A DNA stretch of 64,000 nucleotides from Haplodiscus bocki. Lineage: Eukaryota. Within the stretch, counting starts at the first letter, position 1. Every line of letters starts with the position of its first letter. The notes under the pieces are model-generated. The model was not told the origin of the DNA, ran no database searches, and saw only the letters and a program-made list of their open reading frames with translations. Made by a program: the position numbers and the translations under genes. This document shows positions 39,001-52,581 of this stretch, piece after piece. The stretch is from contig OZ296656.1 in the NCBI GenBank assembly GCA_965655095.1, forward strand, positions 10,540,001-10,604,000, written 5' to 3'.

Positions 39001-39330
39001 TGTTTCGTAAATCAAGACTATCTTTTCATTGCTTCCAAATTACTTTTTGGCCTCTTGCTAGACTACATAAAATATTTTGTTTAGTTCGGATGACTAGAAA
39101 CACCTCGGTTAGGATTTTGCGAAGGCATGGCGTTTTCTGAAAGTAGTTTGATTTTATACAAACTGAGGGTGCGGATCAATTGTTTCCCAATACGGCTTTG
39201 GGATTGCCGGTATTTTAACATATTGTACGTTCTTGTTTAGTGAACGCACAATGTGTAGATTAGACTTTCTGAGAAGAAATATCAACACACTGAATTTTCC
39301 GACACACTTTGGGTTTAACGGAAAAAAATG
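36100..39330. repeat. Outer palindrome X, uninterrupted right arm
   Basis: Continuous reverse complement of (17050-19471)+(33616-34307). Carries an extra ~115-130-bp tandem unit at ~38180-38300 that the left arm lacks. Confidence 0.92.
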
Positions 39331-42300
39331 TATTAATATTTAGTTACTTTGAAATCGATTTTGGGATGCCACAAGGCAACCAATCTTGTAGTACAATTCG
39401 AGGACTGAAGCCTCAGGTTGTCAGTAATTTGGCAAGGGAACGGCATTTTTAGATTTTTTTTGGTTTTGTGGAATGTGGTACCAACGCTGGGTTGTTGTTC
39501 AATGTAGTTTTTGGCTCATTTTGTCTAGTGCATGAAATATTCAGTTGAATATTTAATGTAACTGTCTGAAATCGCGTTTCTCATGTGAATTGTAAAATAA
39601 CTTTGCACTTTTCAACAACCATTTCGGTCATTGACATCGAGAGCTGCGTTGAAGTTTCTCAGAAGATGGCTTTTCAACTCACCAAGACTGGTATGTCAAA
39701 TGTTTATTTTCAGGTCTAGCACAACCGTTTTATCATGATTTTGTTAAGCAAGGAATTTTCTGAGACTTTTATTTTCCGTTTTCTAATAGTACTGTTTAAT
39801 TGCTACTGATTGGCATTTCAGTTTTTACAGTAAAAGTTTATTTGATTTCTGATTGTAATCTTTTTGCAGGTTTTGGACTCGCCCACAAACTTTTAAATGA
39901 GTTCGTTGTTTTAAAAGCAACTTTTAAATGTGAGTTTGTGAAAGAACAGCTTTTTAAGAAAATCTTTTGGTTTGTGGCGTTGCGACACTAACGTTTGAGT
40001 GTTTTTCCAATATGCTTTAGGACTCACTCACACCTATTTATAAAATGGCTAGTTTGGTTGGGCCTTTATAAATTCAGTTGGGAGTTTTCGGTTTTGAACT
40101 TCGTCAGACTCCCCTATAATAGTTTTACAGCATGGTTTTGGCGTCGCCCACAGTTATGCATTGAATGTTTAACAGAGTTCGGAGTTCCAGATTTATCTCG
40201 TCTGATATGAGTTTCTTAAAAAACGGTTTTTCAGAATGTCTTTGGTTTTAGGCATTGTAAAGATTGTAAATAACATCCAAGTGTTGCCCATCGCGATTTT
40301 TGGACTCGCTCAGACTTTTATTTTCCGCCCGAATATAATTATGGAAGAAAATCATCCATTAAGAACGCTGAGCTCGAACGTTTTCTTGCCAATTGATAAT
40401 GTCTGCCTTGGAACTAGTGTCCGGTTCTGACTTTAAAGGTTTTTGATTCGTAAATTGCGACTGAAACAGCAAGTTTTCTCAAAACGTACAAAACTTGGGT
40501 TCTTTGAAAAAAGTCGGGTTTTTATTCCGAAACTTGTATGATTTCTGTCAATGGAGAAACTTCTGTCATATAATGCTTAGCGGGCAAACAGTTTTCAAAA
40601 TTACTCAAGGGAACGTTTGTAGAAATGTCAAATCTACGCAGAAAATTTGGATTGTCAACGAATTTTGACAGTTGGTTCACTTACTGTGTACTTAGTCAAC
40701 AAAATTCAGTCTCGGTTGAATTTGTACGTTGACATTTTTGATTTAGAAATTTTTCGGTGTGGGAGTCAAAAACGGCCTTTGACCCTCCTTTCCTTACTAC
40801 TAAGAATTGTTTTTTTTTGAAAATTTGCGACATCTATTTAATTTCAAAATATTTATGCAATCGAAACATATCACAGGATTTGAGAAACTCGGGAATTTTT
40901 GTGGTACATATTTTCTCTAAATTTTTTTTCTGACTTGGTCAAACTTCAAAAAAAAACGACAGAGATTACTAAAATTGGCAAATATTAACCAATGAGATTG
41001 CGATTTCAGAGCGAATAACGAGATCCTATTGGCTGAAGAGCGTCTTTGAACGCTATTAAGCTCCATTTTTTTGAAACACTACTAGATAGTTTCGAATTTC
41101 ACTTGTGTAACTCCCAATGCATCGATGTATCCTTACAATACAGAAGGGAATCAAGAAACGGGAAAATGCATACAATCCTGATAAGCTATACGGTTCTGCA
41201 AGTTTTTTTGTGCAGCCGAGCGGCCAGTTTTTGAAAGTCGCGAAAAACAGGGCTGAAAAGAAAACGAGTAATTCAGTTCCCGGCTCACCAAATCAGTTTC
41301 CGCCAGCAATTCTTGATCTCATAAATGGTCGATGCAAACTTTACTGCGAAATTGAAAGTTTCATCCGTAGAAAGTAATATGTCAGCATACAGCCTGTTAC
41401 TTCTCTGTTCTAGTAAGTAGCCTTTTGCTGTTTCATTCACGGATGCAAAATAGAAACTGACGGTTTGTTCCAAAGCATGGTTTCTATAAAAATATTTTTG
41501 CAACCGAATTTCGTCATTTTTAAACTCTTTCATTCAGGGTTTGCCAGTTTCTTGTTCTTATTAAGCGATATACTGATTAGGTTAGTCGATTTTTTCTGCG
41601 ATTGTTAAATTGTAATACCGTAAGAAACCAAGCGAAATATGGAAATTCAAAAACACCAGCATTGCAAAAACAATTAAAAAGCATAAACACGTTGAAATTT
41701 GATCACAACTCTTGGTCGGACTGAACACTTTCAGTTGTTGGGTTAAATTAGCATATAAAATTCCGGCTGAATGCTAAAAACTTTCTGATATTCGAAGTGA
41801 CAGAGGCTTTGCTGGTGCGTGTAGCTCTGTGACGTTTGAAAGAATCAAAAGCTTCAATTCCTTCCATTTTTCCAGTAAATTTAAAAAATTAGAATGATTG
41901 TCAGAAAGCAATGTCATTGAAGATTTGAACCTTACTAAAATGAATAATGCTAATGTTTTATTCGCAAAAAATGAATAAGCGATACTAATTCCAATGGAGT
42001 GCTGGCCGTAGACAACATGTATTAGTATACACCATGAGCTTGCTCATGCCGGAGGTTATTTTCCTTGGAAGGAGAGGTTTGGTCATTTGGCCGAAAAATG
42101 TTCAGGACATGAGGTTTGTCATTTTCATTTCCAAATTGCTTCAGATCATTCTGGTTTGAAGCGGCAGAGTGGGGAATTTCGGGAGTTTTCCCTGCCAAAT
42201 CACCGATTCCATTTTGTTTTTTTTTCAGTATTACTGGAAAATCCATATAGGTTAGATTTACGCACGTTTCAACTCAAGGAACAATGGTCATTTACCGCTG

Positions 42301-42716
42301 CTACTATAGAATTTTGCACTTTTTCGTTTAGTATAGAGACCATATCATAAGTTTCTTTTTGGTTTGTGTTCAGATTTGTCTTCTTCTATGACTCGAGAGT
42401 TAATATCGTAAGTGCCAATAGGAGCAAAGCACCGTTGTCTTGAGTTTCTTCAGGTGAAATTCCCCATCCCTAGCTATCTTTTTAGCTTATGTTTGCGTTT
42501 GCGAGTAGAAACATTTTCGTGATTGAATCTTGAATTAAACCGAACATTGTCAAAATCATTTTGTATGTTATTAGAACTTTACATTCTGGTTCCACAGCAT
42601 ACGTTTCAGTGCTATAATGACTGAATATTATCTGCGTTTTCGACTCTCATGTTACGGGAAAAATTCACTTTCAATTACAACTTAGATAGCAACTTCAATG
42701 CAAAGTGGTTACGCTT

Positions 42717-44444
42717 GGATACGAGACAAAACCGCCGATTTTAGAGTGGGACAAAACAGCCGATTTCGAAAACGGGGCAAAATCGCCGTTTTGATAATGA
42801 GACAAAACCGCCGATTTTAAAGTGGGACAAAACCGCTGATTTGTAAAAATACAGATCGGTAGTCTTTGCAAAGATAAAAGTTGTTCAAGATAAAAGCGTC
42901 TTGGCCTAATTACGGATAATTAGCAATTAAATTACCAATAGACTAATGAAATAATTTTACTCCAAAATAGCAAACCCAAAATAATCAAGCCCAAAACACC
43001 GAAAATTTGAATTTTTGTAAAAAGCCAAAGTTAAAATATCTGGACGGCCACGAACAGAAAATTATGAAAATTTTGAATCCCAATATCTGCAAAACTAATT
43101 TTTCTGCCACCTAATAAAATGCTCATGAAACTGAAAAACTGCTACTAAAAACAAGCTATTATAATTTTTGAGCAATATAGTTTTCTGATTTTTCTTGATA
43201 CCCTATTACCTGAACCGAAAATATCTGAAAAGACCATTTCTTAATATTTTGCTAAAGGCGCTTTTAGTTCATTCGGGAAAATTTTTACTTATTCAAAGGA
43301 GATTTGTACACAAAACATAGGGGATGGGTACTACAAATTTAAGTTGAATGGAAGCGAAGGTTTTAATAAAATTTTTGGTGTTAGCATTTTCGAAAATTTA
43401 TTAGCCGCAAAAATTGAAGGAAATTGCATTTAGTGGTATTTCAATTTCTATTAGTAATTGGTAATGTAATTGCTTATTATCGATAATTAGGCCAAAACGC
43501 TTTTATGACGGCCGCAGTTTTGATGGCTTTTTGTTCCCTTTTCCAAAATCGGCGCCTTTGTCCCACTTTGGAATCGGCGCTTTTGTCCCACTTTGGAATC
43601 GGCGCTTTTGTCCCACTTTGGAATCGGCGCTTTTGTCCCACTTTGGAATCGGCGCTTTTGTCCCACTTTGGAATCGGCGCTTTTGTCCCACTTTGGAATC
43701 GGCGCTTTTGTCCCACTTTGGAATCGGCGCTTTTGTCCCACTTTGGAATCGGCGCTTTTGTCCCACTTTGGAATCGGCGCTTTTGTCCCACTTTGGAGTC
43801 GGCGCTTTTGTCCCACTTTGGAATCGGCGCTTTTGTCCCACTTTGGAATCGGTGCTTTTGTCCCACTTTGGAATTGGGGCTTTTGTCCCACTTTGGAATC
43901 GGCGCTTTTGTCCCACTTTGGAATCGGCGCTTTTGTCCCACTTTGGAATCGGCGCTTTTGTCCCACTTTGGAATCGGCGCATTTGTCCCACCTTGGAATC
44001 GGCGCTTTTGTCCCAATTTGGAATCGGCGCTTTTGTCCCACTTTGGAATCGGCGCTTTTGTCCCACTTTGGAATCGGCGCTTTTGTCCCACTTTGGAATC
44101 GGCGCTTTTGTCCCACTTTGGAATCGGCGCTTTTGTCCCACTTTGGAATCGGCGCTTTTGTCCCACTTTGGAATCGGCGCTTTTGTCCCACTTTGGAATC
44201 GGCGCTCTTGTCCCACTTTGGAATCGGCGCTTTTGTCCCACTTTGGAATCGGCGCTTTTGTCCCACTTTGGAATCGGCGCTTTTGTCCCACTTTGGAATC
44301 GGCGCTTTTGTCCCACTTTGGAATCGGCGCTTTTGTCCCACTTTGGAATCGGCGCTTTTGTCCCACTTTGGAATCGGCGCTTTTGTCCCACTTTGGAATC
44401 GGTGATTTTGTCTCATTTAAAATCGGCTGTTTTGTCCTGCCCCC
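42717..44444. mobile_element. Foldback/Mutator-like non-autonomous element with modular TIRs
   Basis: Perfect 10-bp TSD GGTTACGCTT (42707-42716, 44445-44454). Termini ggatacgagacaaaaccgccgatttt / aaaatcggctgttttgtcctgccccc. Inner TIR domain 42893-42950 mirrors 43447-43503. Confidence 0.85.
43545..44410. repeat. Homogeneous 25-bp tandem satellite (ttggaatcggcgcttttgtcccact), ~34 copies
   Basis: Near-perfect head-to-tail units. About 5 diverged units in the opposite orientation at 42720-42840. Confidence 0.98.
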
Positions 44445-45340
44445 GGTTACGCTTTATGATTAATATGACCACTACTTTAATTGCAACTAGAACCACAACT
44501 ATAGTTTTTACACAGTCAAGCAAATTGTAACTTCAGAAGGTAAAATATCGCGTATTCGTTTTTCAGTCAGAAGGTTGAGGAAAAGGTAGAAACACATAAT
44601 TTCATTAAAAATTTAAATCATGTAAGGCCACACTTATTGTTGTCATGAAATTACTGTGCTTCTCAAGAAAATTTAATACTGTTATTAGCAAGGAAACATT
44701 CTGTTTTCTGTCCTTTATTTCAAGCATCTCTGTTTTAAGTCATTCAAAAGGGGACAATTTCCTTTCTTAGCTGAACATATTGAGTTGAATAAATAATCAA
44801 TCAGCGTTAAGTGTTCAGTTCGGGCAAGGATTGTTTAATTATAAATGCAATCAACCAATCAGGTTAGAACACAGTTTAAGTCCGAAATCGCGTTCAATTA
44901 TTATTTGACATTAGTCCTTTAACCGTTTAACTTTAATTTCTTACTATCATTTTGAAAGTTATACAAACTTTTAATTATAGTTGGATTTACATCTATTAGT
45001 TCTAGCTGAAAAGTAATAAAACAATTCTAAGTTTCTCAAACATTTTCAAAACCTAAACTTGAATTAGTTAGAAGAAGATAGGGCTTAAGCGTCATGCCTG
45101 GGCAATTACCTTTTGTCAGTTCTTAGATTGTTCCATCAAATGCGGCCGCCTGCGATAGTTGGTTAATCAAAGTATTTTGACAAGGTGTACTGGCAGGCCA
45201 ATTCAAAAGTTTTATAACGCATGTTTTTTAATCATACCCGCGTTGAAAGGACTAACTAGGTTCAGGAAATATTCTTAAATGATACATGCATTTGTAACGT
45301 CAAGTTTGGAAGCCAATGAATGCAGTTGTTCTTGTTTCAG

Positions 45341-45906
45341 ATATAGAGCCTTCAGAAACTACAATTCTTTGGGTCGACAACCACACATCTTCTGTTACTG
45401 ATCAATTATGGGATACTGTGTTCAAAAACCACATTCAAGTATCCCCCCAACCTGAGAAACGATATCGCTTAATATTTGCAAGCAACCTGCTCTTAAGACC
45501 ACAACGAAAACTGAGTGTTGCCCTACAGCGGAGTTTTAGCAATCTTACCATTCTTCACGAGTTCAGACAACATGTTTACCGCAAACTCGGGATCGCGCCC
45601 AATCAGTTTAGCTGTGACGCAGTCCGAGTGCTTGTCGTGTGGAGACGAGATTACGTAAACCATCCAGGAAACCCAACAGGAAAGATTGACCGAAAGGTTG
45701 AAAATGAAAAAGAAGTGATTGCGACTATGAAAAGTTTGAATGACGTCACAGTTAATGAGGTGCAGTTAGATAAGTTATCGGTAGTGGACCAGATTAGACT
45801 AATGAGCGAGACGGATGTTTTCTGGGGAGTTCACGGTGCTGGTCATGCCATGTCCATATTCTTACCATCTGCTAGAGTGGTGGTTGAATTGGTGCCGAGT
45901 CAGAAG
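45341..45906 (+). CDS. GT61 glycosyltransferase, exon 4 (catalytic domain core, Glyco_transf_61/DUF563)
   Basis: ILWVDNH...DQLWDTVF...VLVVWRRDYVNHPGNPTGKIDRKVENEKEV...LDKLSVVDQIRLMSETDVFWGVHGAGHAMSIFLPSARVVVELVP contains the RRDYxxHP..R...NE.E and Q......D...G.HGAG....FLP...VVE motifs of GT61. Donor AAG|GTTAGT at 45907, phase 0. Confidence 0.9.
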
Positions 45907-46158
45907 GTTAGTTCACTTGTCCCCAATTTTCAACCCCCCCTTTTGTTGTATGCATTCGGTGAATTCGAGTAGTCTTTTCCCAGTGGGTTAGCTCTTTCTA
46001 GTGCTTAAAATATTGCGTGCTTTGCAAAAAACATCGTTTTCATATGCAATTCGTGAATGTAAATTGTCATAGGCTAAAATTGTTAACTTTTTCTCGATGT
46101 TTATTTACTGAGCAAATGAAACTGTTAATGGGTTATTTTTGAGCACTTTTCGTACATA

Positions 46159-46820
46159 CACTAGCCGACAAAAGTAACCGTCTGGTACGGTTCAGTAGTC
46201 AAATCTCAATATTCAAGTCTAAATTTCGTAGACATTTTTTACTTTGGAATAAAAATAGAGACAATATATTCTTAGAATTTAAAGTATTTTAGCTGGTTGG
46301 TGCTTTTTATTTGAAAATTCAACCAATATTCGATAATCTATAATATCCTAATTCTCACGCGTTTTCGACCAATTTTTGAAGTTTTGCCAAAAATCTCATT
46401 TTTGAACACGAGAATTGTCAAAATACCAACGGATGCTTTTTTGTAGCCATGGATTTCTAAAACTTTTAAACTCAACACTCTTCTGAGAAACAAAGTCCCA
46501 AAACAATTTGTTTCTCAAACGAGAGTTGAGGTTGAAAGTTTTGAGATCCACAATGGCCAAAAATCAACTGTACACGTTTTCATATTTCTACGCAATGAAT
46601 TTATTTGGCGAAAACGTCAAAAAATGGTCAAAAACACGTAAAAATTTAACTTCGAAAATGGTTTTTCAATTTTCAAACAAAAAGGACCAATGAAAAATGC
46701 CTGAAATACATTCGAAAAATGTTTCAATTTTGCAAGAGTTCACAGTGAAAAAATTTCTTTGAGATTTTGACTTGAAAATTGACTTCTACCGAACTGACGA
46801 CGGTTACTGTTGTCGCTAGT
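46159..46820. mobile_element. Non-autonomous TIR DNA transposon (MITE), TA-flanked
   Basis: Imperfect TIR cactagccgacaaaagtaaccgtc / gacggttactgttgtcgctagt; TA on both sides. Confidence 0.65.
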
Positions 46821-49800
46821 TAAGTACGCTAAAAATTGGTTGGTCGGTCACTCAAGCTCTGCTCGGTGTGAAACTCAAGTTTTTTTTGAGTCCCTCCTGG
46901 CCCAATTGAAACATCCAGACATATATTGTAATGAGAAACGTTTTAGGGAAATTTTAGAGCTTTATAAAGGATCTTGTCCGAGTATAATCTTGAGTTGGAA
47001 AACCAAAACCACACCTACTGTTCATTTCGATTGTATTGACATTGGCATTACTCTAGTCACACCTTTTCATCCGAAATCAATCTTTTTCAGCTTTCATTTT
47101 TGGGAAATCTGTTTAATACGAAATTTTAAGAACTGACAGGACTGCAAAATGAGAAAGAGATTGCTTACTTTCTGATTAGTTTTCATTCGTTTTCGTGAGG
47201 TGATCTAGGGTATGGTTTTTGAAGTTGTTAGAAGAAGAGGCCATAAAACTTAAATGCATTCCCAGAAAGCAGTCTGATATGTTGTTTCAACAATTTTTCC
47301 ATGCAAGGATACTTTTCAATGTTTTGAACAGCATTTTTTCAATAAGTTTATCAACTGGGTCTGTAAAATCACAGTATAAATAACCTATGTTGACCAACCA
47401 GCTTGAAACGTACTATACATATACAATGTGACTTTTTCAGAAGTCAATAAGCTATGAATGCAAAGCCTTTAAGCTCACCTTTTGATTAACCCTTTTTTCT
47501 ACATTGACACAATCCAACAGTCGCCGTGTGATCAGTATAGTGCGTTTCAAGTTAGCTGGTCAAGACAGTTTTTGAAACTGTGTTTTTAAATATTCGGTTG
47601 ATCATTTTTATGAAGAAGAAATTGTTCAAAACATTTTCAAAAAAGTAGCAAACAGTGCATTGAAAGTTAGGAAGAATGTGACATCAAATTGAAATTAGAG
47701 AACAAAAATTGATTTTAATGCTCGGGTCTCCTTACATTTTCACAAAATCGTCCCAAATTAAGTTCATTAGATGAATTTGGCCACTCATGAAAAAGTAAGC
47801 GGGCTTCTTCACACCATTTTTTAGACTGAATTCAGCTCTACATGTTTAGGCGAGCGGAGCGAAGGCCATTCGCACAAGGATACGTCAAAATGATTTCGTT
47901 TTTTTTCCCGTCCGTGACATCCCTCTGCGTTTCACCTCTTTGAATCTAATTTTCTCGGCACCTATTGTTCGGATTCATCCGATTTCTGTATAAACGCTAC
48001 GATGGGTTCACGATCTATCATATTCCAAACTTTCGGCCGTGGAAATTTTTTCGGCGAGTTTTCAGCAATAAAAATTTCAGTTTTCGGATTTTTCAAGTGG
48101 GCAAAACGTATATTTTCGAGTCCTGTCTTTACAGGAAGCTTTGAAATGCTAACGTTTTTGCATTAATCGGTGGAGCACTATTCAGTTGAGTGGCCTGCTG
48201 TTGTGGTTTTTGCCAATTTTTTTTCCAGCCATTTTTCATCAAAACAGATTCAACATTCCCCATTGCCCTCTGCTTTTCTTAAATTTGACGCTCATTTTCT
48301 ACAAAAGTTTTTACAGGAACCATTTGCTTAATCCTTAGCTGCATTGGCAACGTCGTAATTGACCGGGGCTGAAATTTTATGCTGCCGAAAATTTTCCGCC
48401 GGCGAGTTTTTGGCGAAAACATTTGAAAACCACGATTTTTTCAGAGGGCAAGTCTCACTTCGTTGTTCTTCTTTGGACTATTTTCCCATGCATGGCATCC
48501 GAATGGTGGCTAGACAATGGAATATGGAGCGTAAGTTCCATTTAGTATTTAGCCGAAAATGTTCTGATTTTTCCACAAGATTTTGTCCGAAAATTTTCTG
48601 AAAAAATTTGAGTTTTCAAATAAATTTCTGCATTATCTAAAGCGTGTCTCAAAGTGATGCGTATCACCGGAATTGAGAAGCAGACTAAGCAACGTGCACA
48701 TCAGTGCGTAATGATGCAAGTTTCGACTCGAAGCGAACTTATCTTATTGATTTTTTTGTCGAAAGTTGTCAAAACATAGGTTTTTTAAGACGTGTCAACT
48801 CTTCCAAACACTTTTCATCCTGTTGTACAAACAATGAAAGTAAACTGGGCTTCGTGACGTCCATTGGATTGCCTGGAGAAGCAGTCGCCAGCTTGTCGGG
48901 GTACGCTCGGTTGTAGATAGGTGGTGTGGCCGAGGTACTCCAGGTGTTTTTGCCCTTTGCGATAATTTTACTGCGGCTTCCATCAACTGGAAAATTGCTT
49001 CGAGCGTGTGTCTCTTAATAATTCTCAGCATCTCCTGACTACCCATGTGACCTTGGGGTTGCGTGAAAATTTTTTTAGTCGAGTATTCTGAGAATATTTA
49101 TCGAGTAGACATGGCTTTCGTAGAAGATTTTTTGTTTCCAGATTCGTGTTTTTTTAACGGCGAATTTGTCAACGTCTGGAACCTTGCTGCTCTGAGACGA
49201 CATTTGCCAAACAGTGGCTGGCTTTCACTGACTTCTGAGATAGCACAGTATTTTTTTGCTAAATATGTTTGAAGTTAGGATAGTTACGGTTGTTCTCTGC
49301 CTAATCTCTCCGGATTTTGGTACATGCTCTCCGGCGTTGCATAAGCATTTGGTCAGCGATGTAATCAAGAGGTTGAGTGCCTTCGCGAGCCTTGCGCTAA
49401 GCACCTTAGCTCCTATGCTTCCTTTTTTTGTTACAGTGCTCCGAAAATAGAACTCTCAAAAAGTTCATGACCAAAATATAGCAGGATTGCTTATGGCCAA
49501 TCTTGAAATATGTGAGAAATTAAGAGAGTGCAGTTTCAATTTTCCAACTGTACAAAGTATTCCTTCGAATTTCCTAGAGACCATTTAGAAATAGGCATTA
49601 TCTGAAATTTCCATTTACTGTCTTCTGTCTGGCTCTTTCGTCTTAGCCGGAATCGACTCCAAAAAACTCTGCTTTTACACCTTGTAGAGTTCGAACGATC
49701 AACTAATTTGAAGCGCACTGTTGACAAGTTGAAGCCTAAAATAAGATCAGCAGATTGGTGATTAGCGGGATAAAAGTTATTGTCCAGGTTATCCTTCCAA

Positions 49801-52581
49801 GCAAACACAAAATTTGAAATTTAAGAGTCTTTTTGGGAGTTTGTTGATTTATTCAAACGGGTAATCTGGAAGATACGTATATAACTGCAAATCAATGTAG
49901 CGGCACCGTATCTGGTGTCTTTGAAAACCGAAGCCCTCAACTCCACTTGAAAATTGCAAGCGAGCCACTGCCGGCGTGGAAGACGTTTTCACAAGATAGC
50001 TTCACAAAATCTTCGACGCTTTTCTGGGTTTTCACTTGTAATATGCAGTTGTTTTCGAGAATTTGACAACTTAAAAGGCTATGAAGGTGTACATTATCAA
50101 CAATTTTGTCATTGATTGAATGCCATTGTTTCAAGACTACCCTTACCTGATTCTGAAAAGTACCGTATGCTAACATGTACTTGTGAAACCCTATATTTTG
50201 TTTAAAATCCTGGTTGCTTAATTCAATGCTAAATTGAACCCATAATGTACACAGTATTGCCGCAATTATCTACCATGAGAAAAAGATTTATCCCACTTTC
50301 AAAGTTTAGTTGCTACAGCTTTGTATGATTTGCGTTCTTTGTTTTGGTAGAGTACGGTGTAACTGGAACCATACGCAGATAAGATATATTATGAAATTCG
50401 CGTTGTATCAACTCGGTGGTCTTGGAAAAGACGCATCAACAAGAAACAGCTGTTAGAAGAGCGAATATTCGTTAGCAAATAAGGCTTAGCGGCCGAAAGC
50501 AAGTCTTTATAATGCTACATCAGCGTATCATGTCTATTAGTATTTAGTCTTCTTGATTTTCAATCTCACTTCTCTCCTTGACTGCTTGCTTGACTTCTAT
50601 GAGTGTCGCAATCGACAGTTTTAAACTTTTAGAAGGGCGTTATACACCAAGCTCTTGGATGATTCTCATTGCTTAGGACTTCTGAGGGACAGAAATGGTT
50701 ATAAATGCCATTGCTTTTGGAATTTCTTGATTTTCGAACTTTTTTTTTCCAATTCTACGCATTCGATCTCTGCCATCAGTTTGTCTTCCTACAATTTTCT
50801 ACATGTTAAAGTGTATTCTGCAATTAACTGTCATTATTTGTTATTTGCAGCGGAACTGTTATAGGCTTAATAGCCCAAAAAGTGCCCTTCTATTAATTTT
50901 GCTTGATTTCCATGCACAATTTCCTCAAAACCCAAAAGCAACCCTTGGATTGCTTCCATGAAGGTATTAATCGACCGCACTCTGATCGTAGTAAGTCACT
51001 GGGTACTAAAATTTTGAGTATGTTCAGTCCTTGGAACTCTGAGGGTGGTCACAGCAAAAACTGCAACTTGTAAGTCTTTTCTGAAATCAAAAACTTTTAC
51101 TCCAGCAGTATCAACTTTTCGCATCAAGGAATGTTTTGACAACTCTTTTACAAAGTCATTTGGTAAAGATTTTTTTTTGGTTTTGAATCGAAACACTGAT
51201 AAAGCGAAAATTCCAAATCACGCTGGTGGTTGAAAAATTGTTTTTAGGGAAGTGCAGGTATTTTGTCTAAATTTTGAGATGTTTTTTTGATTATTTTTTT
51301 GAGTTGTCCAGGGAAATTTAACAGTCGTTTGTCATTATCTAACAAAAGTGACGTTTTTGTGTATTCATCAGCTGGGACGTTTTGAGTGTCTCAGCCAAAA
51401 GCACCAGATTTTTCATGTAAATTACCTAAGGAAAAATTTCAAAGTACGGCTCTTTTATAAATTTCCATAGATTTAGCTAGATAGATTACGGTGGAAGTAG
51501 GATGATTTATTGGGAATAGCCCTCGGGTTGCACTCTTCAATTTTCACTTGGCAGTATTATTTTGGGCAGGGTTGCTTCAGTGGCATTGACAGGAAACTTT
51601 CCAAGAGCACGAGTCCAGTTCGTTGTATTTGTTTTAGAGAAGAACATTATGACTGAGCTCTTTCTACACACCGACATTTGAATTGATACGCAGAAGCGAC
51701 GCGGAGGCTTCGCAACACATACTGACCAGGAAAGTCATGTGATCCAAAGTCACAAATTTTCAAGGATGTGTTTTTCAATAAAAAAACGGAAATTCTGGAA
51801 ATTATTTTATAACACGATGACGGACAAAATTGACCTTTTTAGACTTAAGGGAACAACTGCCAGTTAAGTGTTTATTCGCAAAAAACTGTAGCAACACTAT
51901 AGGACCCAAAGAACGATACAAGGTTTAAATTTCAATTCTCAAAAATGCTAAGATTAGTAAACACGACGTCAGAATGGTTGAGAAATGTCCTGTCTCACTT
52001 GTCGATCATCTGACATGACGGCGATAATCTCACACATCAAACCAAAGGCTGCATTTTTTGGGTCAAATGCGTCTAGAAAACTTTCATATTTTGAGCTTAA
52101 AGTGATCATTTCAACACTTTCATCAGATTTGGAAGCGTTAATTCTGATTAATTACACACAAGATAGAATGACTCGAAAGAAGTTGCACCGCCTCGTTTAC
52201 CAACCGCAGAAGTTTTAGGAGCTTCAATTTTAAAACGTGTATCGGTTTGTTTGGGTCACCAAGTAGGTCACCGATGAAATACAACTATGTTTCTGTTTTC
52301 AATTTGCAGTTCCAAAACTTGCTGATGGTAATAAAAAAACATGTGAAAATGCTTCAGAAAGTTTTTGCCTTGCTTTTCAATCATTCAGAAGTATGAAAAT
52401 TGCTTCAAAAATTAAATTCAAAAGTGCAATATTCCAATGAAATAATATGTCGATGTAACTTTCGTTATTCGATATCAAAGTGATGATACTTTCACACTTT
52501 TATTAGATCTGGATTTATCAATTCTGTTGATTGCCAGGTAAGATATGTGATTCGAAAGTTTCAACTACTAGTTCAATAATA

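Larger units (their letters stand above)
7634..45340 (+). other. 37.7-kb intron 3 of the GT61 gene
   Basis: Starts GTAAGA and ends cttgtttcAG, both phase 1. The splice gives ...IYLALNQS-N-IEPSETTILWVDNH..., a continuous GT61 domain with no obviously missing segment. Confidence 0.75.

Noticed and set aside
43477-44530. Six long ORFs (270-341 aa) in all frames
   Set aside because: Artefact of a 25-bp unit with no stop codon on either strand; the unit length is not a multiple of 3, so every frame gives the same periodic peptide.
48795-49450. Possible integrase zinc-binding/RNase H remnant on the minus strand (GHMGSQEMLRIIKRH...)
   Set aside because: The Cys pair and DDE core are not recognisable; too degenerate to call.
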